In this document: piece after piece, positions 1 through 9,958 of the stretch
Layout: every line of letters starts with the position of its first letter
How positions within the stretch are numbered: position 1 is the first letter of the stretch
From: Clostridia bacterium
Lineage (GTDB): Bacteria > CBDUZB01 > JAGLHV01
DNA length: 33,798 nucleotides
Direction: 5' to 3'
Assembly: GCA_030637025.1 (NCBI GenBank)
Contig: DAOVVV010000002.1
Span: 62,001-95,798 of the forward strand
Notes under the pieces: model-generated
The model's database searches: none
What the model was told of the DNA's origin: nothing
What the model saw: the letters and a program-made list of their open reading frames with translations, nothing else
Program-made: the position numbers and the translations under genes

Positions 1-678
1 GGTTACTGCTACACGGGTTTTGTGGGGATCCCCATCAGCAGACTTCTTTATTTTAACATAAGCATCTACCAGTTTAATTTTAAGTTTGGGATGCTTCCGG
101 GTTAAATTAATAATTGCACTCCAGGAAGCAGGAGCAATAAACCATGCCCAAAAACCTTCACGATTCCAACACTTTGAACGGGGAAAAAAAATCATTGCCG
201 CCCGATAGGCTTTAATGGCATGATGGTAAAGGCCTGCATTTTCTAACGCCTTTGCTGTAAAAAACAACTTCACCCCCGGATCTTCATTTGCTGTTGCCCA
301 AACAAAAAAATCGGCAGCTGGGTCCGATGTGTCAACATGATCCCACTGTCCACCTTTAAGTCTCCCTTCTTTTCTTAGTTTTCTATATAATTTATTCTTT
401 GTCACAGATTCTAAATTGGGGAAAATACCTTCACCCACAGCTCTAGCCAAGCCTTTTTCGTCCCTTACTACAAATTTATAATCGCAAGTCCCTACATTTT
501 TGAATTCACCATATCTTTCATATTGTACAATTTTTTCTGTCCCGCATTCAGCAAGCTTAAAAAACGGCTTTTTTTGTCCTTTAGCTCCTTCACATTGTTT
601 ATGAAAACAGTTATTCATAGAACAAAACCAGACAATTAACAATAAAAATTTTAATAATTTAATTTCAAATTTATCCAT
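1..678 (-). CDS. Partial (3'-truncated by window edge) exported protein; N-terminus resembles that of large TPR/glycoside hydrolase family 2-type proteins
   Basis: Not in ORF track. Hand translation from ATG at 678 gives 226 open codons to position 1 (MDKFEIKLLKFLLLIVWFCS...GTEKIVQYERYGEFKNVGTCDYKFVVRDEKGLARAVGEGIFPN...KALENAGLYHHAIKAYRA...). Signal-peptide-like start and a TPR-like helix. The family assignment is recollection only. Confidence 0.6.
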   Translation of the reverse strand, partial: MDKFEIKLLKFLLLIVWFCSMNNCFHKQCEGAKGQKKPFFKLAECGTEKIVQYERYGEFKNVGTCDYKFVVRDEKGLARAVGEGIFPNLESVTKNKLYRKLRKEGRLKGGQWDHVDTSDPAADFFVWATANEDPGVKLFFTAKALENAGLYHHAIKAYRAAMIFFPRSKCWNREGFWAWFIAPASWSAIINLTRKHPKLKIKLVDAYVKIKKSADGDPHKTRVAVT

Positions 679-757
679 TATTTAAACCGCCTTTTTGATA
701 AGAAAGACATTGACACTATCAATGCATAGCTCTTCACGAATGATGCACTCCACACCT

Positions 758-1561
758 TTATTTATGTTCATGACTTTCAAGATGTTCCAGGCAATATTCT
801 TTCCCATCAGAACAGATATTACATACACGAAATTCAAGATTAGAATCGTCATTTTCCGTCTTTCCACAAATAAAACATTTATGTAAAGATTCTTTTTCTA
901 ATTGGGAAAAAAGCGATAATGCTTTTCGTTTACGATGCATTAATTTTATATTTCCGATAATTTCGCCTCCAAAAAAAAGAAGGTAATTTAAAATAGCTGT
1001 TACTATCACCAGTTTTGTAGTTAAAGAACCAAAAAGAATATTGAACATAATAATCAACCAACTTATTATTGCTAAATATTTCACTTTAATCGGAATAATG
1101 AAAAACAAATAAACAATAAAGTCAGGATATAAAGTAGCAAAAGCAAGAAATAAGGATATATTAAGAAATATATTGGTAATATGGATAGAGGGAAAACAAA
1201 AACCAATCAGGGTAGTACTTATCATTCCGATTAAATAATATAAGTTAAAACGAAAACTTCCCCATTCTGTCTCCAGTGCCGTTCCTACAAAATAAAGAAA
1301 ATAAAGCATAAAAAATATAAATAGAAAATGTGTAGACGGTGGAATAAAAAGATAAGTAAAAACGCGCCAAACCTGTCCCTTAAAAACTTTTCTTACATTC
1401 AATGTCAATAAATTTATATAACCCGGGTTAAAATAATTCAAAATATAAACAAAAGCATTGAAACTTACTATGTACATCGTAAGGTCTCTAATTGCAAACT
1501 GTCCATAACGCCGCTGAAGTCTATTAAGCAATTTCTCAAACCAATACTCAATTCGGACCAT
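758..1561 (-). CDS. Rhomboid/Derlin-like membrane protein with C-terminal Cys/His Zn-finger-like domain
   Basis: Several TM segments, GQVWRVFTYLFIP rhomboid-superfamily WR motif, C-terminal HKCFICGKTE...RVCNIC...EYCLEH. Confidence 0.75.
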   Translation of the reverse strand: MVRIEYWFEKLLNRLQRRYGQFAIRDLTMYIVSFNAFVYILNYFNPGYINLLTLNVRKVFKGQVWRVFTYLFIPPSTHFLFIFFMLYFLYFVGTALETEWGSFRFNLYYLIGMISTTLIGFCFPSIHITNIFLNISLFLAFATLYPDFIVYLFFIIPIKVKYLAIISWLIIMFNILFGSLTTKLVIVTAILNYLLFFGGEIIGNIKLMHRKRKALSLFSQLEKESLHKCFICGKTENDDSNLEFRVCNICSDGKEYCLEHLESHEHK

Positions 1562-1626
1562 TCTTTTCTTTCTCCGGCATAAAAAAATTAATTACATTTT
1601 ATTTACTTCGTATTCTCTTAATTAAT

Positions 1627-1668
1627 TAAACTCAAGTTTTGTCTTTCAATACACAAAACTTGAGTTTA
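1627..1668. terminator. Perfect 16-bp inverted repeat (hairpin; terminator-like or operator)
   Basis: TAAACTCAAGTTTTGT (1627-1642) / ACAAAACTTGAGTTTA (1653-1668), 10-nt loop. Confidence 0.5.
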
Positions 1669-1879
1669 TCAACAAAGGTTCTTTTTAGTAAACTTTAAAC
1701 AAATTACCCTTTACCAACTTAAAATTAGTCAATATTCGGTTCTTTTCGTTAGTGTCAAGATTTATTCCGACTTTCATCTTTAAGCACAGTTTTTTTTCCG
1801 CAGATATAATAAAAGGCATATTATATTGGGAACTTTCGTAAATAATGCGGAATAATACGCCAACTAAAAAAAATTAAAA

Positions 1880-2048
1880 AATAAAGGTAAAATGTGTTTT
1901 TAACGATTTAGTAAATTTTAATAAAAATAAGCGTTTAAAAAATGGGCTTGTTTTGAGAGTATCACCGAGTCGTTCTTTTTTAATTTATTTTTGGGTACCT
2001 ATAGGGTAAAATCACACATTCAGAGAGGAACTTATTTCCGTCTTTATT
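1880..2048 (+). repeat. Family A structured intergenic repeat, copy 1
   Basis: Starts AATAAAGGTAAAATGTGTTTT, ends TCTTTATT; aligns along its length with 9959-10122 and at both ends with 17392-17568. Confidence 0.85.
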
Positions 2049-2224
2049 ATACACTCTTATTGATTAAACCTTTTACCGGAATACTTCCCTTCGATTACAC
2101 TCAGTATTCTTTTAATAAGCAAAAGTCGAACAATTTTATCAAATTATTTACAAAAGAACCTTTTATTTTTAAAAGTCAAAAGAACATTTATACTATTTTT
2201 TTTAAATTTATTTATTTTCATAAA

Positions 2225-2953
2225 CTATTTTTCTTCAAAATATGTATTAAATAAAACTTTTATTTCCTCCATCATATTCTCATTTATCGAAATACTCACA
2301 AAATCCGCAAAACAATCAAGAACAACAAGAGCATTAATATTTGCATCCTTACTTTGAATAGCCCAAATTCTCTTGCAAAAGCTTTTATTTAGAATTTGGA
2401 TATCATTATAAATTTTAACTAATTTTTTTAACTCCCAATCCGGTTCTTTACCACGTTTAAATAGAAAATATTGGGCAAGCAAATACATAGAAATTACCCG
2501 ATATTTTGTCTCTTCCTGAGTTGCAAAAGGTAGATGATAAGGAATCATTGGTTTTAATTTTGCCATAATAGAACAATCACTGGCAGCCATACATAAGCCA
2601 ATCAAAGAACTCAACCCTTTTTGTAATGTAACACATTTTATATATTTTCTCGCTGCTGTTTCAATTATTATATCAATTTTGTCATGCGACTTAAAATCAG
2701 AAAAAAAATCAAATATTTCAATAAGATTTCCTGCAACAGGACATACTCGATATTGATTTTCATCCAAAGAACAATTAGGACATTTACAAAAATTTAACTT
2801 TGCCCATTCAGGATACACTCTTTTATGTTTTTTTTGAATTAAATTTAAAGTATCCTTATTAAGTAAAACCTTAAATTCTTTTTCCACATTATTTTCTAAT
2901 ATAAACTTATAATTATAAACAATTACCTCATTATTATTACTTGAATCAAACAC
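2225..2953 (-). CDS. Conserved hypothetical protein, DUF6901-like (Cys-rich CPNC...CPVA motif)
   Basis: WAKLNFCKCPNCSL...CPVA, LQKGLSSLIGLCMAASDC, LKPM..HLPFAT..ET.YR..SMYLLAQYF pattern recalled from this family. Confidence 0.65.
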   Translation of the reverse strand: MFDSSNNNEVIVYNYKFILENNVEKEFKVLLNKDTLNLIQKKHKRVYPEWAKLNFCKCPNCSLDENQYRVCPVAGNLIEIFDFFSDFKSHDKIDIIIETAARKYIKCVTLQKGLSSLIGLCMAASDCSIMAKLKPMIPYHLPFATQEETKYRVISMYLLAQYFLFKRGKEPDWELKKLVKIYNDIQILNKSFCKRIWAIQSKDANINALVVLDCFADFVSISINENMMEEIKVLFNTYFEEK

Positions 2954-3056
2954 AATAGTATCCTTTTAATTTTAGCAATTTTTTAGTTTTAATTCTTTCT
3001 CTTCTCTAATCTATCATTTATCTACTCTGTTATTTTAAAAGTTAATCCAAAACACC

Positions 3057-4781
3057 TTATTCTGTATATTCTTTCAAAAACTTACTACGGGAAGGATGCC
3101 TTAACTTTCTTATCGCCTTTGCCTCAATTTGTCTCACTCGTTCCCGGGTAACGCTAAAAATTCGCCCTACTTCTTCCAATGTACGAGGATAACCCTCCCC
3201 TATACCAAAACGCAATTTAATAATTTCTGCTTCACGAGGAGCTAAAGTAGAAAGGATTTTTTCTATTTCCATACGACGAAGTAACCCTGTTGCCGATTGG
3301 GCAGGCGAAACATGAGCTTTATCTTCTATAAAATCTTCCAGGTAACTATCTTCCTCCTCTCCTATTGGAGTAGAAAGAGAAATAGGCTCCTGTATTATCT
3401 TTAATATTCCACGCACTTTATCCGCTGATATCTTCATTTCTTTGACATATTCTCTAATACGGGGATCCCTTCCATGTTCCTGCCGATATTTACGTGTAAT
3501 TCTGGATAATTTACTTATAACTTCCTTCATATGGACAGGGATACGAATAGTTCTTGCTTGATCTGCGATAGCCCGGTTTATCGCCTGTCTAATCCACCAG
3601 GTAGCATAAGTAGAAAATTTAAACCCTCTTTTATACTCAAATCTATCCACTGCTTTCATTAACCCTACGCTTCCTTCCTGTATTAAATCAAGAAGGGATA
3701 AACTTGGATTAACATGTTTTTTGGCTATGCTAACTACTAATCGTAAATTTGCTTTTACTAATTTCATTTTTTCTTTTAAAAGCACTTTCTTTAAATAAAT
3801 AATTCTTTCATTTACAGTTTTAATATCTTCTATAGACATACCTGTAGAATCTTTAATTCGCGCTATACGGGCTATAGCATTCTTAAAATTACGCACTATT
3901 TTTTCTGCCTGATGCAAAGATAAACCAGACTGTTTTTTAAACTTATAGTCACTCAATACACCTCTTTTAAGCGCTCGATGAAGTTTTTTAACTTCACTAT
4001 AAGGAATCTTCATTTTTCGTTCAGCAAATCTTATTTCTTCTTCGCTTTCAATTACACGTTGTGCAACCTGACATATTTTGTTTCTTAGTTTGTTAAGTCT
4101 ATCTGTATTTAAATTTAATTTTATAATTCGTCTAATAATGTCTTTTTTTATTTTTTCTCTTTCATTCTCCAGTTTTTTACGTGTTAAATCACTTATTTTT
4201 CCACAAAGTCTCTTTTTGTAGCTTTCTATTTTTCTTTCGCCCTTATTAATCTCTTTACTTGCTTCCTTTACTTTAAGGTGCATCTTTCGTAAAGAAGATT
4301 TTGACTTTTTCCCTCTGGGCATCAACTCTTTAGGATTCATCTCATTATCCTGCAACATTGTACTCCAATTTTTTATCTCTTTAAGCGTTATAGGTGATTC
4401 CAAAATTAAAGTCTGGAGCTGTTGTTCATTTTCCTTGATACTTCTGGCCAAATTTATTTCCTCTTCTCGTGTTAAAAGAGAAACCCTGCCCATCTCACTT
4501 AAATACATCCTTACTGAATCACCTGTTTTAAGTTGTTCAATTTCCGGAAAATTTTCTCCTACAGAAACTTCCGGTGCTGACTCTCCATAAGGTCTTTCCG
4601 GTAAAGGAGCATTTTTTTCTAATACTTCAATTCCTAAATCAAAAATTTCATCCAAAAACTCATCAATTTCTTCCGGAGAAACTACACTTTCCGGAAGCTT
4701 TTCATTTATCTGTGCATAAGTTAAATAACCTGTTCCCTTACCCTGTTCAATCAATTTTTTCATTTCTTTTGATTTACTCAC
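3057..4781 (-). CDS. rpoD: RNA polymerase primary sigma factor (sigma70) with region 1.1 and long non-conserved region
   Basis: [11 protein letters not shown] (1.2), [47 protein letters not shown] (2), [23 protein letters not shown] (4); GTG start; follows dnaG. Confidence 0.97.
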   Translation of the reverse strand: MSKSKEMKKLIEQGKGTGYLTYAQINEKLPESVVSPEEIDEFLDEIFDLGIEVLEKNAPLPERPYGESAPEVSVGENFPEIEQLKTGDSVRMYLSEMGRVSLLTREEEINLARSIKENEQQLQTLILESPITLKEIKNWSTMLQDNEMNPKELMPRGKKSKSSLRKMHLKVKEASKEINKGERKIESYKKRLCGKISDLTRKKLENEREKIKKDIIRRIIKLNLNTDRLNKLRNKICQVAQRVIESEEEIRFAERKMKIPYSEVKKLHRALKRGVLSDYKFKKQSGLSLHQAEKIVRNFKNAIARIARIKDSTGMSIEDIKTVNERIIYLKKVLLKEKMKLVKANLRLVVSIAKKHVNPSLSLLDLIQEGSVGLMKAVDRFEYKRGFKFSTYATWWIRQAINRAIADQARTIRIPVHMKEVISKLSRITRKYRQEHGRDPRIREYVKEMKISADKVRGILKIIQEPISLSTPIGEEEDSYLEDFIEDKAHVSPAQSATGLLRRMEIEKILSTLAPREAEIIKLRFGIGEGYPRTLEEVGRIFSVTRERVRQIEAKAIRKLRHPSRSKFLKEYTE

Positions 4782-4926
4782 AAAAACACCCCGCTTATAT
4801 TAAAAATTTATTTATTAATGATAAAGCCCCGATTAAATTTTACCGGGGATTGGTTTTTCTCTAATGAAAACCATTAAAATCCTTAGTTACAATAAAGATT
4901 TTAATTTACGTTAAAATTTTTTTTCC

Positions 4927-6720
4927 TTAAAGGATATGAAGCTGTTGTTGAGACCCCTTTAACTGTCGGGTTAAATCATTATATTCCCGAAGTTTGGTTA
5001 AATCTTTCTTCTTTTCTCCATTCAACATAGCTTTTATTTCTTTTTCTAATTTATTTCGCCTTTTTGTTATTTTACAGCGACACATATTCTCCAGTAATTT
5101 TTCTAATATATCATTTTTATTCTCGCTCATTATTGCTTCATTTAATATCATCTGCGTTACTATTTGATTTATTTTTTCATCGTGAAAATAATCCATTACC
5201 CGGTGAAAAGAAACCTCTCTACCCTCTTCTTCAGACTCAAACACATATTTAATTAATCGAGAAGTTACTTCACCGGTAAAATCATCCACACATATTTTTT
5301 TCTTTACCCGTTGTATATAAACCGGTTCAGTCAATAATATATGCAAAAGATCCATTTCTATTAACGGTTCTTTTTTTTCTTTATTGTCTAAAAAAAAAGC
5401 TTCTTTTTTTACCTTAATTTTATTGCCTTTCTTAATTTTGTTTAATTCAGATAAAAGAGATTCTTCCGGTAGAGACATTTTTTCTGCAAATTTTCTTATT
5501 TCTTCTCTTCTCTCAATCTCATTTCTTATTCGCGCTATCATTGGTAAAATGTTATTTGCAATATAAATCTTGTTCTCTACTTTAGAAAAATCCATATTAT
5601 TTGAAACTATTTTAAATTGATAATCAATAAAAGAAAGACCATTCTTCAGAAAATCATCAAATATTTTCTTTCCTTTTTTACGAAGACAACTATCAGGATC
5701 CATACCTTGCGGCAAAGTAACAATCTTTATCCTTAAACCACTATCAACCAATTGTTCTATACCCCTTAAAGCAGCTGATATGCCCGCTTTATCCGAATCA
5801 TAAACAATCACAACTTCTTCGGTATAACGTTGAAGAATACTTATATGCTCTTTAGTCAATGCTGTCCCCAGAGTAGCCACTACATTTTCCAGACCATATT
5901 GATAACTGGTTAGCATATCAATATATCCCTCTAAAATAAGAACTTGTTTCAACTCTCTGATTTTAGCCGAAGCAAAATTTAATCCGTAAAGAATTTTTCT
6001 TTTATTATAAATCATCGTTTCCGAAGAATTGATATATTTAGGAAGACTACTATCCAATACCCTTCCACCAAAGGCTACAATTCTTCCCTGACTATCACAA
6101 ATAGGAAAAACAATTCTATTCCAAAAAAAATCTAAAAATTTTCTCTTCTTTTCAGAAAAACAAATCAAACCGGATTTTTTTAATAAATCTAAAGAAAACC
6201 CCTTATTCAAGAATTTTTTTAATAAAACATCACCTCTTTTTGAAGCATAACCAATTTTAAATTTATTTATTATCGTAGAACAAATCCCTCTGGTTTGTAA
6301 ATATTTACGAGCTAAAACAGATTCTTCCTCCTGCAACAGGAAATTATTATAAAAATCCATTGCTTTTTCATGTAAATCATATAATGCTTTTCTCTCCTGA
6401 GTTGACTTTTCACTTTGAAAAGACAAATTATGTGGTATATCTATATTTGCTTTCTTACTCAATTTCTCAAGCACATCTATAAAAGAAATATTATCTATTT
6501 TAGTTAAAAAGCTAAAGACATCCCCCCCCGCACCACAACCAAAACAATGATAAATCTGTTTTTGAGGACTTACTATAAAAGAAGGGGTTTTTTCAGAATG
6601 AAAAGGACATAAACCTTTAAAATTCTTACCCGCTTTTTTTAATACCATATATTCGGAAACAATTTCAACAATATCGCTGGCTTCCCGAATCCGAACAATT
6701 ATTTCTTCTGAGAATGCCAT
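4927..6720 (-). CDS. dnaG: DNA primase
   Basis: CPFH..KTPSF...HCFGC Zn ribbon, FGGR, PKYINS, EGYID and YDSDKAG TOPRIM motifs. Confidence 0.97.
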   Translation of the reverse strand: MAFSEEIIVRIREASDIVEIVSEYMVLKKAGKNFKGLCPFHSEKTPSFIVSPQKQIYHCFGCGAGGDVFSFLTKIDNISFIDVLEKLSKKANIDIPHNLSFQSEKSTQERKALYDLHEKAMDFYNNFLLQEEESVLARKYLQTRGICSTIINKFKIGYASKRGDVLLKKFLNKGFSLDLLKKSGLICFSEKKRKFLDFFWNRIVFPICDSQGRIVAFGGRVLDSSLPKYINSSETMIYNKRKILYGLNFASAKIRELKQVLILEGYIDMLTSYQYGLENVVATLGTALTKEHISILQRYTEEVVIVYDSDKAGISAALRGIEQLVDSGLRIKIVTLPQGMDPDSCLRKKGKKIFDDFLKNGLSFIDYQFKIVSNNMDFSKVENKIYIANNILPMIARIRNEIERREEIRKFAEKMSLPEESLLSELNKIKKGNKIKVKKEAFFLDNKEKKEPLIEMDLLHILLTEPVYIQRVKKKICVDDFTGEVTSRLIKYVFESEEEGREVSFHRVMDYFHDEKINQIVTQMILNEAIMSENKNDILEKLLENMCRCKITKRRNKLEKEIKAMLNGEKKKDLTKLREYNDLTRQLKGSQQQLHIL

Positions 6721-6745
6721 GGTTTAGTATATCCTTTTTATTACT

Positions 6746-7702
6746 TTATTGGTGAGTAAAACGGCGAAATCCTGAACAGGGAATGATTTTTAAATTTACA
6801 ACTTTTTTTATTACTTTATCTAATAAAAGATTTAGACCAAGATTATCCGAAGATATATGCCCGGCAATTACTACATTTATATGAAATTTCTTAGCCATTT
6901 GGCAATGTTTATCACTTAAATGCATACCTACAATTGTTCCTACTCCTGAATATGAAAGCTTTTCTAATGCCTCAACTGAACCCTCCGTCCCACCGGTCAT
7001 ATCTACAAAAATATTCCCCGCTCTCCTATTCTTATCACCCACTAAAACAACAGGTGGATTATTTTCTTCACTTGCTTTCCTGTACTCAGGAATTTCCTCT
7101 AATAATTCAAGCACATCTCCTACTAAATACGGTTTTTTTTCTTCCATTAGTTTTTGCAAATAAAAGGTTACATGATTATCTGCCGGAGTATGAATATTCA
7201 TAAACGAAAACCCTAATAAACAAGCAGCGTCAACAGCCCGCATTGCGTTTGAAGGCATTACCTTGTGTGCAACCTCTTTTATTCTTTTTTCCAATGTTCC
7301 TTCTGCTACATTTATAGGAACACCACACCTGTGTAAAATATCTGCCTGCATATGCATCACTTCATAAAAAGAAGCATAAGCCTTCCCTTCGGGATGATGA
7401 GCAACAATTAAATCAATTTTTTGCCCTTTTTCTCTTAATCTATCAGCTAATAAAATTTCAGGAGTTTCTATATCAATACCTAACATTATTGTATTTACTT
7501 CTTCACCCGTATCAAATAATATCCGGCTATCAATATAAGGATTTACTAACCTTTCACCGTCAAAATAAGTTTTATCCTTTTCCTTTAATTGTCCAAATTG
7601 TTCTTTTTCTTTTTTTAACTTCTTCTCAACCGCTTCTTTTCCCCGAAGATCGACATTCATCCCCTCTTGAATAGCAAAATCATAAAGCCATTTTACATTC
7701 AA
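6746..7702 (-). CDS. NIF3-like (NGG1-interacting factor 3) metal-binding protein
   Basis: GID, AHHPEG, HTPADN, AGHISSD motifs; TTG start with AGGAGG RBS. Confidence 0.8.
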   Translation of the reverse strand: MNVKWLYDFAIQEGMNVDLRGKEAVEKKLKKEKEQFGQLKEKDKTYFDGERLVNPYIDSRILFDTGEEVNTIMLGIDIETPEILLADRLREKGQKIDLIVAHHPEGKAYASFYEVMHMQADILHRCGVPINVAEGTLEKRIKEVAHKVMPSNAMRAVDAACLLGFSFMNIHTPADNHVTFYLQKLMEEKKPYLVGDVLELLEEIPEYRKASEENNPPVVLVGDKNRRAGNIFVDMTGGTEGSVEALEKLSYSGVGTIVGMHLSDKHCQMAKKFHINVVIAGHISSDNLGLNLLLDKVIKKVVNLKIIPCSGFRRFTHQ

Positions 7703-7718
7703 ACTTTATTACCTCCTT

Positions 7719-7904
7719 TTACCTCATTCTTCTTCTTTGTTTCCTTTTAGCTTCTGCCATTTTCTTTTTCCGGCGAACACTGGGACTTTCATAATATTCC
7801 CGCTTTTTTATTTCCTGCATTACACCGTCCCTTTCACACTGACGTTTAAACCGCCTTAGAGCTTCTTCTATAGATTCATTTTCTCTTAATTTAATCCATA
7901 CCAT
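7719..7904 (-). CDS. rpsU: 30S ribosomal protein S21
   Basis: [12 protein letters not shown]...[10 protein letters not shown]; upstream of dnaG-rpoD. Confidence 0.96.
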   Translation of the reverse strand: MVWIKLRENESIEEALRRFKRQCERDGVMQEIKKREYYESPSVRRKKKMAEAKRKQRRRMR

Positions 7905-7970
7905 TTTTCTTTTTTCACTTCCCTTCTATTCATTTCATTCAATTGTATTTTTATAATTTTCAGTCTACCT

Positions 7971-8315
7971 TTATCCCGGAGGCCATTGCATCCGGCGACC
8001 ACCTAAAATATGTAGATGAAGATGAAATACTGCCTGTCCTGCACTTTCTTTACAATTTATTACTATCCTGAACCCCTCTTCCAACTTTTTTATATTTCGA
8101 GCAATTTTCCCTGCTATTAAAAACAAATACCCGGCTAACTCTTTATCTTCTTCATTGATGTCCGATACCGTTTCTATGTGCTTTTTAGGAATCAATAAAA
8201 TATGCACCGGAGCCTGTGGATTTATATCTTCAAAGGCTAAGACAATATCATCTTCATAAATAATCTTTGCCGAAATTTGTTTATCAAGTATTTTGCAAAA
8301 AAGGCATTTTTCCAT
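7971..8315 (-). CDS. hinT: Histidine triad (HIT) nucleotide-binding protein
   Basis: CLFCKI, DINPQAPVH, GQAVFHLHLHILGGR, WPPG C-terminus. Confidence 0.93.
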   Translation of the reverse strand: MEKCLFCKILDKQISAKIIYEDDIVLAFEDINPQAPVHILLIPKKHIETVSDINEEDKELAGYLFLIAGKIARNIKKLEEGFRIVINCKESAGQAVFHLHLHILGGRRMQWPPG

Positions 8316-8348
8316 TCGTTTTTCACCTTTTTACTATTTTAACAATGG

Positions 8349-8377
8349 AGTATAACATAACTTTACGAAAAAAGCAA
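8349..8377 (-). promoter_or_regulatory. Putative sigma70 promoter for hit-rpsU-nif3-dnaG-rpoD
   Basis: Minus strand TTGCTT (8377-8372), 17 nt spacer ending TGT, TATACT (8354-8349); extended -10, 33 nt upstream of hit. Confidence 0.6.
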
Positions 8378-8627
8378 GAAGAAATTTATACCCAGATTTC
8401 CGACATTGGTCTCAGTCCCCGACAAATCAATCATTTATGTTCTAAAAAATTATTAATTAATTCAATTATATAGTTCTAATGAGGAAATTTCATAACTATT
8501 TCTTCAAATTTCCGTATCAAATATTATTATACCGAATAGCGAGTTTTTTTAATATCTTTTTCACCTATTCGGTAAAATCTTTTTTGCTTTTTCTCAGCTA
8601 TCTCCTTTTTCAACATCGGATTTAGGG

Positions 8628-9905
8628 TTATATAAACTTTCCTTTTGCATATTCTCCTTCTATGCCAATTATCTTACAATTTAATAAACTATTAGTTTCC
8701 ACTCCATCTTTCGAAGCAACTTTAATTTTAATATAATTATCGGTAAATCCCATAAAAAACCCATCTTTCTCTTTTTCAATCAAAACCTTTCTAATTTTTC
8801 CCTTAAATTTCCTAACAAAATTATTTTGTAATGTTTTACTTAATTGTATTAATTTGCTACTTCTTTCTTTTACTTCTTTTGGCTTTTCTTCAATTTTAAA
8901 CTGACCGGCCAATGTTCCCTCTCTTCGCGAAAATTTAAAAACATGTAATTTATAAAAAGCTATTTTTTTTATAAATTCAAATCCTTTTTCGAAATTCTCG
9001 TTTTTTTCCCCGGGAAATCCGGTTATTATATCAGTAGTAATTCCTATCTCCGGAACTTTTTCTCTAATTTTTTCTACTATTTCTTCATATTGAGTAAGAG
9101 AATAATTTCTTCTCATTTTTTTTAAAATACAGTCATCACCACTTTGAAGAGGAAGATGTAAATGTGCACACAATTTTGAACAATTCCCCATTATCTCTAA
9201 AATTTCTGAATTTATATCTTGTGGTTCAATAGAACTTAGTCTAATTCGCTTTAAATCCGCAATTTTAGAAATTATCTTTATTAATCCAGGCAATCCTGTT
9301 TTCGCCCATTGATATTTACCTAACCGAATACCTACCAGGACTATTTCTTTATGCCCATTGAATACTAATCGTTTCACTTCTTCAACAATTTTATAAGGAT
9401 TTCGGCTTGAAATTTTATTTCTCACATAAGGAACAATACAATACGAACAAAAAGCATCACATCCATCCTGAATTTTTATAAATGCACGAGTATGTCCCGA
9501 AAAACAATCTATTCCTTCTTTATCCTTTTGCTTAACATTTTTTTCTCCCAAAACATATTTAGCAATATCTTTTTTTTGATTATTAAACAAAAGTAAAACA
9601 TCGGGAAATTTCTCTTTTATCTCTTCATAATTTCTTTCTACATAGCATCCGGTTACAATAATAACAGCAAAATGATTTATTTTTTTAGCTTTTCTAATTA
9701 AAAAACAGGACTTACGGTCACTTTTTTCTGTCACAGTACAAGTATTAATTATATAAAAATCTGCTACACAAGAAAAAGGAACAAAATCCACTTCTTCTGT
9801 TCCTATTCTTTCACGCATCAACTGAGACTCATATTGATTAACCTTACAACCTAAAGTAGTTAAAGCAACCCTTAAATATTTTATTCTCCCCCACCCCCTA
9901 TCCAA
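8628..9905 (-). CDS. mtaB: tRNA methylthiotransferase MtaB (radical SAM)
   Basis: TLGCKVNQYES, INTCTVT, IKIQDGCDAFCSYC, LPLQSGDD, DIITGFPGE; follows rsmE. Start codon uncertain. Confidence 0.92.
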   Translation of the reverse strand: MDRGWGRIKYLRVALTTLGCKVNQYESQLMRERIGTEEVDFVPFSCVADFYIINTCTVTEKSDRKSCFLIRKAKKINHFAVIIVTGCYVERNYEEIKEKFPDVLLLFNNQKKDIAKYVLGEKNVKQKDKEGIDCFSGHTRAFIKIQDGCDAFCSYCIVPYVRNKISSRNPYKIVEEVKRLVFNGHKEIVLVGIRLGKYQWAKTGLPGLIKIISKIADLKRIRLSSIEPQDINSEILEIMGNCSKLCAHLHLPLQSGDDCILKKMRRNYSLTQYEEIVEKIREKVPEIGITTDIITGFPGEKNENFEKGFEFIKKIAFYKLHVFKFSRREGTLAGQFKIEEKPKEVKERSSKLIQLSKTLQNNFVRKFKGKIRKVLIEKEKDGFFMGFTDNYIKIKVASKDGVETNSLLNCKIIGIEGEYAKGKFI

Positions 9906-9958
9906 GCTTTACCCTGAATTGTTTCTTCCATAAATCATGAAAACTAAAAAAATCAAAA

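Noticed and set aside
682-886. Small ORFs 682-867 (-) and 695-886 (+)
   Set aside because: They overlap the rhomboid-like gene end and show no recognisable features
1991-2254. 87-aa + strand ORF starting inside family A copy 1
   Set aside because: TTG start not conserved in the other copies; low-complexity F/K/I composition
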